NCBI GenBank assembly: GCA_951406725.2
Contig: OX597815.1
Coordinates: forward strand, 53,320,001-53,384,000
From: Octopus vulgaris
Lineage: Eukaryota
DNA length: 64,000 nucleotides
Direction of reading: 5' to 3'
The notes under the pieces were generated by a model. That model ran no database searches, was not told the origin of the DNA, and was given only the letters and a program-made list of their open reading frames with translations. Made by a program: the position numbers and the translations under genes. This document shows positions 1 through 14,089 of the stretch, piece after piece; the first letter of the stretch is position 1; every line of letters begins with the position of its first letter.

Positions 1-608
1 GGGAAACCATCTTTGATGACTAACTAATCAGCGGGAAACCATGGAATACGACCACTGACACGAATCGCCAGCAAGTAGACAAAGTGGTTCGCGTGGACAG
101 ATGAATCAAAATTTGTGAGTTTACAGAACAACTAGGCAGCAATATATTTCAGAGGAGAGTGGAAAATTTTCGGTGTCGGAAAGTGTGTGCCATGTGGGTA
201 CTGCGACACTGGACACCCGATTTGAAGGAGAGAAATGTGGAAATCTACTGCGATCTTACGATAACGTTTGAAGCGAAGACAAAAGGCCATACATTTCTGA
301 TCTGGAAATGTAAGCTCTGTTCCTGAAATGGACTAGCTTTCGCTTTTTCTTCAAGGCCTAAGAAATTCAAGAGACAATGACCACTGGCGAAAGTTATGGT
401 GGCAGGTTTTGGTAGGCCAAGGGCGTTATTTTCATTGATATTTTTTTAATGTAACTGAACTGTAGACAGTTCATTGAGACACTCGAAAAGCTTAGAGTGT
501 ACATTGACACACTCGAAAAGCTTAGAGAAGTAATTAAGAGGAAGAGATCGAGCAAGAATATAAAAATCGACCATTTTCACCCTGACAATGTGCTCCAAAT
601 ACTATCTA

Positions 609-1776
609 TCAGGTCATCCCATAAGTTCTGTCCGATTTTACCGTTTTAAAAATTGAACGAAATTTAGAAGTATTTTAGAATGTCTAATGAAATTTAAAAT
701 TATTTTTATGCATTTGTGTATATTTAAACTAATTAAATATTATTATACAGAATAACAGAATTAAAATTTCTTTGATTAAAACCTTTTCTAACATGGAAGT
801 ATCCAAATAGCATTTAAGGCACATAATGCTTTATGAATACAAAAAGGATACTCTGAAGCCGAAGCGACTCGAAACATACACTCAGTTTATGGGAAAGAAT
901 GCTTGAATGAAAGAACTTACAGAAGATGGTTTGCCAAATTCAGAAGTGGCGATTTTAGCCTTGAAGATGAGGATCGAACAGGATGTCCAGTTGAGTTTGA
1001 TGATAAGCTCCTTGAGGCACTATTTGAAGAAAATCCTGCACTATCAGTTGAAAAATTGGCAATAAAGCTTAGTTCAAACCATAAAACTGTTCATCGTCAT
1101 CTTCAACAACTTGGAAAGGTTCCTAAACTTGGAAAATGGGTGCCTAGAATCGTCCGAAAGTAACCGTAAATCCCGAGTTGACATCTGCTCTTCTCTCCAT
1201 TCTCGCGAACTCATTTCACCCTTTTTGGATAGACATGAGACTGGTGACGAAAAATGGAACTTCTATCGAAATGCTAAACGTCGTAAACAGCGGCTTGTTA
1301 AAAGGGAAAAACCTCAACCACAACCGAGAAGGGAACTTCATGGAAAAAGGTTCTCTCTATCTGGTGGGATTGCAAAGGAGTAATTCACTTTGAATTGTTA
1401 CCACCTAATGCAACAATCAATGCTCAAGTCAATGCGCGACCCCACACTGCAAAGATCACATCACTGAAGATCGAAGAGCTTGGTTGGGAAAAAATTCCTC
1501 ATACACCTTATTTTCCCGACCTTGCTCCTTAAGACTACCATTAGTTTCGTAGGTGACAGAATCATTTGGGGGACATAACTTTCACAAGCCAGGAGGAGGT
1601 CGAAACTGACATTTCAGAGTTCTTCGCATTGAAACCAAAAGAGTTTTACATTGATGAGATTAAAAAAGCTTGTAAATAGATGGAAGGAAGTCATAGATAA
1701 TCAGGGAAAGTACATTGATGATTAAATTTCAATTAAATGTAACATTTGATCGGACAGAACTTATGGGATGACCTAA
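609..1776 (+). mobile_element. Mariner DNA transposon, non-functional copy
   Basis: 28-bp TIRs (tcaggtcatcccataagttctgtccgat 609-636 / atcggacagaacttatgggatgacctaa 1749-1776, 1 mismatch) and TA target duplications at 607-608 and 1777-1778. Confidence 0.95.
794..1725 (+). pseudogene. Mariner transposase pseudogene (stops, frameshifts, internal deletion)
   Basis: MEVSK*HLRHIMLYEY..; HTH region RTYRRWFAKFRSGDFSLEDE; GKWVP; TGDEKW; PHT..LGWEKIPHTPYFPDLAP*DYH. ORFs 903-1163 and 1111-1383 are pieces of it. Confidence 0.92.
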
Positions 1777-2989
1777 TACAATGGTAACAAATCAGGCAAT
1801 CAGCAAATTAGGTGGGTTATCTATCGTATAGCTCACTGAATTATAGCAGTATGAAGGGCAGTATTTGGGGCCATCCATTTATTAACACAAGGGAAGTGAA
1901 AGCAGTTGTATAGAAGTGGGTACGAGAGAACATCACCTGAATTTTTTCAAACAACATTCAGGTGTTGGGTTGAAAGATAATGAAAATGTAACGCTTGTGA
2001 TGGAGCCTATGTTGACCTGTACCTTTGCAAAGACGAGGAGTTGCTCTACCAATATATGCAATTTGATCCATATATGTCTGTAAAACAAATTGTGCTCACG
2101 TTTGTATTACTTTTAATATGAGCTTCGTATGTTATGACACCATACATACATAAAGAAAACAAAATAAACCCCAGCTACTGGGTAGTGTACATACTTTTTC
2201 CCCAGCATGTATTCTAGACTTCAGAGCTATCTCCATACTCTTATGTTATTCTTTGATTTCAACGAATGGCACTCCCTACTTCTATAGAGGTCATTCGGTA
2301 CACAAAACACGGATTCCTTTAGATACTTATATATAAGTATCAAGAAGTTTGCTCTCTTACAAGCATATGCGTATTCTCCCAAACGCACACACACACACAC
2401 ACAGACACACACACACACACAAACACGCGCACACACAAGCACACTCATATATATACTCATATAAAAAGAGAGTGAGAGAGAGGGAGATAGGGGTAGGGAA
2501 GCTTATCGCGCATTATGGCTAGCACAGGCTATGGAATTTTGCCCTTACATAAATTCGTATCAATTTTAAGAATATGAAAACTACATTTGTCTAAAAAGGC
2601 TTTTTCTCAATTTTCTTTTTTTTTTTAGCTAAGATCAAATCAGCCCACAAGTTTTAAAAAATCATTAACCACCATGATGCCTGCATACATACATATGTCA
2701 GTGTATGTGTATGCGAGTGTGTGTGTGTGCGTGTGCGGATGTGCGCGTACATGTGAGTTTGTATGTATGCAAGTGCTTGTGTATGCATCTCTGTAAACAC
2801 TTACAGAGTTTGAGGTAGAATAGTTTACTGTAAATATTTGTATGTTTGGTTAATGTTTTCTTGGATCATAGTGAGTTTCCATTCACCTGTCTATCTGTCT
2901 GTCCGTCCGTCTGTCTGTTGTCTATCTATCTTTCTTTCTTTTTTTCTTTCTATCTATCTATCCATCAATCTATAAACATATATATGTAT

Positions 2990-3037
<48 letters not shown>

Positions 3038-3799
3038 TACATACATACATACTTCCTCCAACGCTGATCAACAATACATAACCAAACCCCAACAACTCCG
3101 TAGCAATCAACAACAGCAACAATAGTATGAACAAAATAAGCAGCTCTAAAATTTAGAAAAATACACTCACATGAGATAATGCGGTACGATAGAGTATTTT
3201 GAAAGATGAATAGAATGTGCTTGACATTAGTTCAATGACGATTGACTGTAAGTAAAAGAGAACCAATAACACAATGAAAAAGGGCAATGTGACTGCAACT
3301 ACCAACACCAATACGCCCACCTTCAACAACACCAAAATCAGTACTACTGACGCCACCACTACAATCAAACCCAATAACTTTTGAATAGTCAATAGTAGCA
3401 ACAATAATAGTGTCTGCATGATAGAAATGTCTGTAGCTACATATAATGTATGTCACTACAAAAGTGTGTGTGAAAGAGAGAGAGAGAGATAACGAGAAAG
3501 AGAAAAAGAGAGAGGGAGAGAAAGGGAGAGAAGAGTGTAGTGTCTTTATGGTGCATTTCAGAGATGCAAGGAGAAATGTGCCTATGAAACTGGTAATCCT
3601 TCAACTAATTGTAACCATGCAGTACTTCATCCCATATCATCTCATTCCCTTTTTCATCTGTTCATTTCAGTTATTATATCTAGAGAAATAGGATAGCTTT
3701 TTGCGTTCACAAAATGGTTATCTCCCGTACTATTGTTTGCTACGTATTTGTTGTGGCTAATTGGACGCCAACGCTGTTAAATTTACCTACAGTTCAAGA

Positions 3800-5300
3800 A
3801 GTCCAGAAAAAAGCCATGAAGTAGAACTGAATGCAGTCATGCGAAAAGAAAGCGAAAACAGCTTACATTTGGTATTAAACTAAAAGGTTTTTAAATAATT
3901 TAATGCAGGATAAAAAATGTCAGCCGCATTGCAGAAATGTTAAAGCTTGTAACGTTTACACTGATAATAATATGTGATGGCAGAGGGAAAATAAAATCAA
4001 GTACTCAAGAAAATAAAATCAAGTACTCGGACCATTCTCTTCATAGGTCTAATGTGATTTGATGGTGCTTAAAACAGGACGGCTATTTAATGCATGGACC
4101 GAGTATCAGACTGGACGTAATCTTCCCATAAGCACGATGGTAATTAAAAAATATTTATAAGTTTGTGTGACGATTTGCAGAGAAAGGGACGTGAATCATC
4201 TAATGAAATATTTTTCCTAAAAAGATGAGAATGATAGGTGAAGCTGCCAGTCCTAATACAAAGGCTACAGCTAATTAATCTGGGCAACTGAAAAAAAGAA
4301 GATGCTTGCTGAAGGAGGCTGTACATCACAGCATGTTTACAATGTTTATAAAACTGCACTTTCTGGAAGCTCAGGCATGCAAGAGCTTCTAAAAATCCTT
4401 GCCTTGACGCTTCTTCTGGGAAGAGATGCTGTTGGTGATTTGAAATTAACGCCCCTAGTCATGTATCACCCAAGAAATATAAAGGCCTTAACGGCTTAAT
4501 TTATGATTGTGCGTTGGAATAAGAAGGCGTGATTGACTACGAGTCTTTTTAAAAGCTCTTTATAAACATTTATTTTCTTGCTGTAGAAAGGTACAGTACC
4601 GAACATAATACTTCTAATAAAGCTTTGCTCCATTTAGTCAATGCTCTAATCCACCCAGTGAAGGTAAATGAATTTTCTAATAATGTGTGGTTAGAATAAA
4701 TGCACAAGAATACAACTTCTTTGCTCCAGTCAACAGATCAAGGCTAGCTTCAAGGTATATTATCTGAGAATAAGATCTTTGAAACAACTTTTGAAAGCAA
4801 TTCACAATGAAGATAAGTCTAGTTAGAGACTTCCGGAAGAAATGTAGCATAATGGATACTGTGGATAATATTGTTGAATCAAGGGAAGAAGTGAGACACT
4901 TCGAATATTATTTGAAAGAACATATGATTAGATTGTATTCGTGACTCTCCAAGAAGAGTAAGTCTGCATCAAATTCGGGAAAAATATTGTCACTTGCAAA
5001 TGATGAAGTCACTGGGAATGGTGTGGTTGAGATGCTAGTGTCCTATAGATAAATTTTACCTAAGGAGCTGATACTGTTAGAATAAGAGCAAGCAGAGAAT
5101 ACATATTTGAATACAGAAATTCCACCAAATAAACTTAAATTGACTGTAAAGAATATTACTAAGGCATTGGTACTTATAGAGAAAAGTTTTCAAATTACAA
5201 GAGATACCAACAAAATTACAAGAGATACCAACAATTTTGGATAAGCTCTTCGTCCTTGAAGTAGATGTTAATAAGAAGGAGCTATAAGACAGTATTCTTC
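3800..5300 (+). mobile_element. Highly degraded Tigger/pogo-family transposase relic (approximate limits)
   Basis: Fragments in order: AKRKRKQLTFGIKLK; LFNAWTEYQTGRNLPIS; AEGGCTSQHVYNVYKTALFW; LTLLLGRDAVGDLKLTPLVMYHPRNIKAL; RWNKKA*LT; KALLHLVNALIHP; NTTSLLQSTDQG. These parallel Tigger motifs (QVFNVDETGLFW, RLTLLLGGNAAGDFKLKPL, LLLDNAPGHP, NTTSLIQPMDQG). Confidence 0.85.
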
Positions 5301-5610
5301 TTCCTCCCAGTAACTTGCATTCCATCTCACATACCCTATTACAAAATTATGATTCTTATGTATTCCCCAACTCATTTCTCCTCAGATATTTTTATGTATA
5401 CTTATTAAACGGTGTGTATTTGGAAATTGTTATTTTCGTTCATAAAAGCGGTCGTGTTTGTTAACATGAAAATTAACGGTGAATTATCTCAGCGCTACTG
5501 GATTCACTATTTCAGCAACTGTGTCAGGAGAGTAGTGTTTTTCTGTAACACAAGTATTTCTGTATGCGTGTGTGCGTGTGTGTATTATGTGTGTGTGTGT
5601 GTGTGTTGTG

Positions 5611-5675
<65 letters not shown>

Positions 5676-6164
5676 TGTGAGTAAACGTCATGAAAAGTCA
5701 AATCTAATGAAATATCAAATTCTAGAAGAATATGTGTTAGCTAACAAGTCGAATCTCGATGTGACACAGGTCGATATCACCATTGTCTCAGTTCTCTCCA
5801 TAAATATTATATCTCTTTTACTATTTCTTAAGTAGTTTTATCCTTTAAACAATCATGGATCAAAACTGATCTTGTTTACTATTTTATGAATAACGCACCA
5901 AATTCTATGTGCTACACAATAAAGTAGATTATTCTTAAAAGTATTGATCAACAGTACATTTAATGCAGCTAGATAAGAAAGCAACAGAAAATTTCATGTA
6001 AAGATGAATTAAAATGTGCATTTGAACTACATAGTTGATGTCCGAAGGAAATGTGAGACTACCTTAAATGCCCATCTCTCTTCTAACAATCTTAAAAAAG
6101 CTTTCTACATTTTGCTGATGCCGAGATCGATAAGAAACGCAAGTAAAACTAAATTTTAAAACTT

Positions 6165-6480
6165 TATTATTTACTTGATTTAGTCATTGGGCTGCGGCCA
6201 TGCTAGGGCTCCACGTTGAAGCGTATAATCGAATTAATTGACTCCAGTACTTATTTTTAAAATCTGTTCTATCGGTTTCTTTTGCTGAAACTGTTAAATT
6301 ACAGGGATGTAAGCAAGCCAACGCCGACTATTAAGTGGTAGGGGAGGGTAAACACAAACACAAAGACATATTCGTCGGCCAGGAGTTACAGTAGAAGACA
6401 CTTGTCCAAAGTTCGACCCAGTGAGACTGAACTGGAAACCATGTGACTGTAAGACGAGCTTCTTAACCACACAACCATAA
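6165..6480 (-). mobile_element. tRNA-derived SINE family B, internally deleted copy
   Basis: Reverse complement is colinear with the copy at 56487-56848 (atggttgtgtggttaagaagc.. head; ..agcatggccgcagcccaatgact tail). Confidence 0.75.
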
Positions 6481-7679
6481 AAAGTATATAACTTAAAAGA
6501 TGTTCAAACATTTCAGTTGAAATATATTAATAATAAAACGAAAGTGAAAAGTAAGGACGTTGAAGTGTCGTGTCGGTATCAGGGCAGTCACAAAAGCAGC
6601 AACACCAGCGGCATTACAACAAAAACGAAAGCAGTTTAAAAAGTGATGTGTGAAACTATTGTTGATCATAAAAATGAATGTACATTATTTAAGAGTCGTG
6701 AAGTGTTTACAAATGGAACAAAAATCTATCTCGACATTAGAATATTTCTAATACATTTCATTGTGGAATTCTTTCACTTGGCGTCCTGTTGATTATATTC
6801 AAATACACATACACACAAACACACATATACGCTTTTATTTTTTGATTTTCAATCATTTAAAATGGTTTTCATTTTTACCAACCACTGTGACACTAATAAA
6901 CTCTTCAAGAGACATCACATGAAAATAAAGAATCTCAGACTATTATTTTTCCTTTGTTTTTCTTTTTATGTTTTATTGTAACCCCTTTCACAGGGAAATA
7001 TATACTGATGAACGTGAAAAGAAGGAGAATAAATCCATGTTCCGAAAGGGGACAGAGAATACAGTGAACACTTCCAAAGAAATATATAAGCTGTACTTTT
7101 TGTATTATAACTAACCACTGGTGTTCTAAATATCTATATTGTCGGTACAACAATTTATGCTTAGAAATTGTCTTGTTTAGTTAAATGCTTCTCTCTTGTC
7201 CAGCATAGCTTTACCGCCTCTAGTTGCTGGAGCAGAGATGTCATACTGGGCTTTATTCAAAGATGTTTTGCTGGCCACTTATAGCAAGAAATATCTTTTT
7301 GTTGGTCAAGCGACAAGTCAACAATAGATTTCAATGCAGATTACAAAGAAATCTGTTTCAGAAAGAATATTGTGTGATTCGAGTAACAGTGAGCATACAT
7401 CATAAGCATATTTTGTATTTGTGCTTCATTCGTGTATAACTGTCATAACACTTAAGATAGCCGGCGGGCGGACTAGCGATAGACTGACCGCTGAGTGATA
7501 CGTCGGAATATCACTTGCAGATGTAAAAACGATAGAAGTATGAAAATGGAAGCCACAACTGAGCGAGTAAGAATAGCGAAACTTAAGAGGAGAAATATTT
7601 TGTAGACAAATTCCTTTGAGTAATCGTCTGCATAAACACTCTTTCAGTTTTTCCCTTCCTACTATCACTAATACCATCC

Positions 7680-8300
<621 letters not shown>

Positions 8301-9112
8301 ACCCCAAAACGGTATTGATTGTGGTGATGGTGATGGTGGTGCTGCTAGTGGCGGTGTCGGCGATAGGAAGAAATGAAATAACATCCTAAATAACAACCAC
8401 AAAGGCAACACCTTCCGCAACAAAAATTAAACCGACCACAGAATTAATAACGCTGATACGGAGAACAACAACAACGTTACCATCATTCATTGGCATTACT
8501 ATCATAGATTTATCCGTTACTGGAGAAACACGGTCTGATTACTAATATGCCAAATGATCTTACATTTGACCAGGGGATAGTTTCTCGTAGTAGAAATCTT
8601 TCTGAGGCATATTTTCTGTTTGTTGGCAAGATCACTTTTGCGACTGACCATTGTGGTTAAGTGATATTTTGAATGGCACCAATGTCTTGTTCATTGAATC
8701 GTGTAAGTCTGGACAGGCACTGCTGTGTTTCGTGTTTGCCTTTTCTTTATCTGTAAACCATAACAGATGCCAGCATTTAAAGTGACTCAAAAACGCATAT
8801 TTGTTATATTTCAAATGGCTCTCATTGATACGTAATCGACCGTGCGCCACAATTTATACGTACATGTATGTATGTATGTATGTATGTATGTATGTATGTA
8901 TGTATGTATGTATGTATGTATGTATGCATGTATGCATGCATGCATGCATGTATGCATGCATATATGTATGTATGTATGTATGTATATATATATGTACATA
9001 CATATAATCATATATATATATTTATATGCCTGTACACGCGCGAGCACACACACGCATGTATTATACTTATATATTCATATAAATATATAAACATACGTTT
9101 ATAATATAACTC

Positions 9113-9170
<58 letters not shown>

Positions 9171-9467
9171 TATATATTTACACACACACATGTATATATA
9201 TAAATGAATACATGGATGTACGCATATGCATGTACGTATGTATGCACACATACATACTTAAACGTCCATACAATGGTGGTCGGACACACGAGAGAGACAT
9301 AACGATGTGACTGACATTCGTGAAAATGCAAACATGCGCATAAATAGGCGTTTTTTGTTTGCCTGTTTTTCACGCATTCGTTCAAATAAAAGAAGTTGGA
9401 TATAATATATCCCAAATATTTCACCACACAGCAACACACACACACGCACACACACACACACACACAC

Positions 9468-9506
<39 letters not shown>

Positions 9507-10141
9507 AATACATGCATGCACACATTACGAACGCGTGCGCACACATGTATCTATGTGTGTATATGTGTGTGTATGTGTGCGCGCCTGTGAAAGCAAGGGA
9601 AAGAGAGTGCAATAGAAGGAAAGAAATAGAGAGAGTGATACATAGATCGATGAATGGATGGGTAGCTAGATAGAAACATGCACACAGACGTGCATATCCT
9701 ATCAGATATACATTCACATGTACATGCAAGCATATATATATACGCAAAGGGACCTGCACATATGCACACATGAAACATACATGTACATTAGCACATTGAT
9801 AAGCGTCTCTATGGTGAACAGTGTACATGTTTTCAAACTCATTTGAAAATCGGCTTATACACATAACTTTTGTTAAGTGTTCGTATGTAATGATAGTAGA
9901 TTTAGAGGATTATAAAGGAGAAAAATATTCTGAATAGTTTGCAAATAGTAAAAGACGAAATCAGGAGACCTTTTGCAAAACTGATTAGACAAACCAGTAA
10001 TTCTCTCACAGATATATGCATCCTCTCATATAATAGGATTTGGACAAATTTCTGATTTTTCCGAATTATATAAAGTTTTCTAGATGAATAAATACCTAAC
10101 AGACCGAAGACAGGGAAGCAGTGCTCGTTGTTATTTTGTGG

Positions 10142-10203
<62 letters not shown>

Positions 10204-10693
10204 GCAGTGTGCAAATGTTTTTTGGATTAAATATCACTTTCTCAATCGAATACGTTCAACACCTATCATAACCACTGCTACAGCACTATTAAAATCATTT
10301 CTTAAGCTCATCCTTGCCATTTCTCTCCAAACTCTATTTGCCTCTCTCATTGTTACCGCTATCAATACCGATATAATTACTACGTTCTGCCCTGCAAGGA
10401 AATACTACAACAATGAAGAAAGAAGCAACTCATTTGAAGGCATCTTATGTTATGTTTTTAAGGTCAGTGCTGGATTCGACAGGTATTCTTCGACAGAATG
10501 TGCTAACCGATAATAGTGCATTATATGCAGATTAAGGATATTGGGAACCAATGAGCAATAAATAAAAAGAATGAATACCATGTTGCAAACCAAAAGCACA
10601 AGAAATGATAGTCAAACTTGCTTCTGTTATTTTGGTATACGAAAAGAATGACCGAAGCTCACAGTGAGAATATTGTTATTATTATGGTTATTA

Positions 10694-11735
10694 AGGCGGC
10701 GAGCAGGTAGAATCGTTAGCACGCCAGGCGAAATGCTCAGCGGTATTTCGTCTGCCGCAACGTTCTGAGTTCAAATTCCGCTAAGGTCGACTTTGTCTTT
10801 CATCCTTTCGGGGTCGATAAATTAGGGACCAGTCACGCACTGGGGTCGATATAATCGACTTAATTCGTCTGTCTGTCCTTGTTTGTCTCCTCTGTGTTTA
10901 GCCCCTTGTGGGTAGTAAAGAAATAGGTATTTCGTCTGCCGTTGCGTTCTGAGTTCAAATTCCGTCGAGGTCGACTTTGCCTTTCATCCTTTCGGGGTCG
11001 ATTAAATAAGTAAGCAGTTGAGCACTGGGGTCGATGTAATCGTCATACATCCTCCCCCGAAATTGTTGCCCTTGTGGCAAAATTTGAAACCATTACTATA
11101 ATTATGATTATTAAGGCGTAGAACTACAAAATGGTTTACACGCCGGGCAAAATGTTTCGTGGTATTTCTTCTGGGTTTACGTTCTGAGTTCAAATTCCGA
11201 CGAGGTCAACCAACTTTGCCTTTCATCCTGACGTGATCGATAAAATAGTTACTAGTTGACCACTTGCCTCAAAATTTTAGGCTCTGTACCTATAATAGAA
11301 CAGATTATCATTATGATTATTAGGGTGCCCAGTTTGTATAATACTTAGCAATGCCGGACAATATGTTTAGTGGCATTTCTGCTAGCACTGTACACTCTGA
11401 GTTCAAATACTGCTGAGGTTGACTTTGCCTTTCATTCTTTAAGAGTTGATAAAATAAGTACCAGTCAAATTCTGGTGTTGATGTAATCGACAACCCCACC
11501 TTAAATTTACTGGCCTTGTGCTAAAATCTGAAAAATTATTATAGGCGGTGATCTGGCAGAATCGTTAGCACTCCGGACAGAATGCTTAGCATAATTTCAC
11601 GTCTTTACGTTCTGAGGTTGACTTTGCCTTTCATTCTTTCGAGATCGATAACATAAATACCAATCAAGTGCTGGGGTCGATGTACCAGACTTCTGTCTTA
11701 TCTCAAATCTCTAGTTTTGTCCCGGTATAAGTATT
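10694..11735 (+). mobile_element. Head-to-tail cluster of five SINE family A units
   Basis: Units at ~10694-10925, 10926-11100, 11113-11310, 11322-11541 and 11543-11735. All share gttctgagttcaaattcc (B-box-like; partly deleted in the last unit) and gtcgactttgcctttcatcctttcggggtcgataaa..gtaccagt; most are separated by (att)n-like tails. Confidence 0.9.
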
Positions 11736-11792
11736 CAATACATGATAATGAGGGAAAAGGATGACGATGTCGATGATGATGATGATAACATA

Positions 11793-13084
11793 CGAGGGGC
11801 GTTCAATAAGTAATGCCTCTGACCCACTTGCAGTTGTTTGATCTAGCTGAAATTTTGCATGTGCAATTATCTATATCTCTATAGATTAAGTGGTAAATTA
11901 CAGCTCTGAACTAATTGTGGTTTCTGATTTACAGGTGTTTGAACTGAGTCAAGTGTGAAATGGAGCCTGTTGAGTGTCGGGCAGTGATCCGCTTTTTATA
12001 TTTGAAAGGACGCATACTACGGGAGACTTTTGATGAAATGAAAGTAACTTATGGTGATGATGCCCCGTCATATGACCTTGTAAAACGCTGGCATTGTGAA
12101 TTCAAACATGGTCGGAACCCTGTGGAAACAGCTCCCAGATCTGGTCGCCCCCTACTGTTATTGATGAGGCATCTGTCCATCAAGTTGAGGCTGCCATTTT
12201 GGAAGATCGACGCATAGCTATTCGGCAAATAGCCCATGAGGTCAAGATTAGTACCGGGTCTGTGGAAACCAATCATTCATGACCATTTGCATATGCAAAA
12301 GGTGTCTGCCAGATGGATTCCCAGGTTGCTCACACCTTTCCGGAAGCAAAAATGCGTCGAGTGCTCGAGGATGAATTTGGAGATGTGCCAAGAAGATGAG
12401 TCAACATTTTTCAAAAGACTGATTACACAGGATGAAACCTGGGTCCATCACTATGATCCAGAGACAAAAGCCCAGTCAGTGCAGTGGAAGCACCGTGACT
12501 CACCTCCTCCAAAGAAGGCAAGGGTGCAGCCCTCCACTAGCAAGGTCATGCTCATAGTCTTCTGGGACCAGGACGGAGTAGTGATGACAGATTTCCTGGC
12601 AAAGGGTACCACAATTACAGGAGCCTATTATGCTTCACTTTTGATGAAATTAAGAGAAGCTATCAAAATCAAGAGGCGGGGCAAGATCAGCAAAGGCATC
12701 CTCCTCCTGCAGGACAACGCTCCGGTCCACAACTCGATAGTCGCCAGATCAGAAGCACAGGCGTGCGGCTATGAACTCCTCCCCCATGCCCCTACTCTCT
12801 TGACCTTGCACCCTCGGATTTTCACCTCTTCCCAGCCATGAAGTTGTTTTTGAAAGGAAAGCGTTTCCCAGATGATGCAGCCTTGATTTCTGACGTCACG
12901 TCGTGGTTGGAGGATCAAGCTGGGGTCTTCTACAAAAACGGTCTCCAGAGCTGCATCAAACGATGGTAGAAATGCGTAACTCTGGGTGGTTTCTATGTAG
13001 AAAAAGACTAATAACTGTGCCAAGTTTCGTTGCTCTACTTCTATGGGAAGTGGGTCAGGGGCATTACTTATTGAACGCCCCTCG
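11793..13084 (+). mobile_element. Full-length mariner element (irritans-like), 1292 bp
   Basis: 37-bp TIRs cgaggggcgttcaataagtaatgcc(t/c)ctgacccactt with 1 mismatch; TA TSD at 11791-11792 and 13085-13086; inserted in a (gat)n tract. Confidence 0.97.
11960..13011 (+). pseudogene. Mariner D,D34D transposase with about 3 frameshifts and a premature stop
   Basis: MEPVECRAVIRFLYLKG..; KVSARWIPRLLT; ITQDETWVHHYDPE; LLQDNAPVH; PYSLDLAPSDF (shifted frame); RW*KC near 12961. Confidence 0.95.
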
Positions 13085-13529
13085 TAGATGATAATGACGT
13101 TTTTGATAATAATGACGATGATGTTGGTAGTTGTGGTGCTGGTACCGACAACTTCAACAACAAAAGTAAACGATTACTCTAAACGGTGTCTGATGTCAAT
13201 ACCTGAAACAGTTTGATCATCTTAAAAGAATTACTTTTTATTTGACCTTTATTTATGGTCATGTGTTCATATATTGTTCTTTCTTTTCCACATGATTGAT
13301 CACGCGTTAGTGGTTAATTGGTAACATACCAAACTATAATATTTTGCAAAAGTTCAACTATAAACGAATCAATAGGATTTTTTAAAATAAATATAAAATT
13401 CGTTTTCTTCCTTTATAGTAAAAATTTACTGCAGTGAGATATTTGAAAAGGTTTCTTTGATTAAAAAAACCCCAAACTCCTCAAGAAACTCTTAAATAGG
13501 TTTTTCATTTACTCTAGTTGCTGTAGCAC

Positions 13530-13552
13530 TCTGCTGCTGCTGCTGCTGCTGT

Positions 13553-13610
<58 letters not shown>

Positions 13611-13722
13611 GCTGCTGCTGCTGTTGCTGCTGCTACTACTACTACTACCTCTGCTGCTGCTGCTGGTGCTGCTGCTACTACTACTACTTCTGCTACTGTG
13701 GCTGCTGCTGCTGCTGCTACTA

Positions 13723-13780
<58 letters not shown>
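13530..13780. repeat. (CTA)n/(CTG)n compound microsatellite
   Basis: Alternating pure cta and ctg runs. Confidence 0.95.
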
Positions 13781-13781
<1 letters not shown>

Positions 13782-14089
13782 ATGATTCAAGATAGTTTCT
13801 CAGTTATCACCAATTAACTAGCTTGAAATAAATCCGTATATGTACTAAATCATTTTTTATAGGCTTTCGTGCCCGAAGCGAAAGACAAATCTCAAGTAAC
13901 TAATGCCATAATAACTGGGATACATGGATCTTATCCAGCATATTTCAGCTAAAATAATTGCGAGTTTCAGACACCGATCATTATGCGAGAGCATTAGTCA
14001 AAAAGATCACCAGCCAGCCAAATCTTCCACCTTTGATATCCCATTGATATATCATCTATAGCTTAGTTATGTACTAAATAAACTTTACT

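Larger units (their letters stand above)
1..2129 (+). mobile_element. Old degenerate mariner (Tc1/mariner) element, split by a younger mariner at 607-1778
   Basis: Broken-frame peptides CRKVCAMWVLRHWT (~174-215, WVPRxL-like), RPKKFKRQ*PLAKVMVAGF, LEKLREVIKRKR..HPDN before the insertion. They resume after 1779 with VTNQAISKLG..GHPFINTREVKAVV*KW..KCNACDGAYVD. A likely right TIR (tattacttttaatatgagcttcgta, 2105-2129) resembles the TIR of the 11793 mariner. The left end lies outside the window. Confidence 0.75.

Noticed and set aside
472-527. Short direct duplications (also 3987-4028, 5192-5234, 52408-52487)
   Set aside because: Ordinary 20-40-bp slippage duplications in decaying sequence.
10694-11735. 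CRISPR-like repeat-spacer array
   Set aside because: Units are ~200-bp diverged SINEs in eukaryotic DNA, with no cas genes or constant short repeats.
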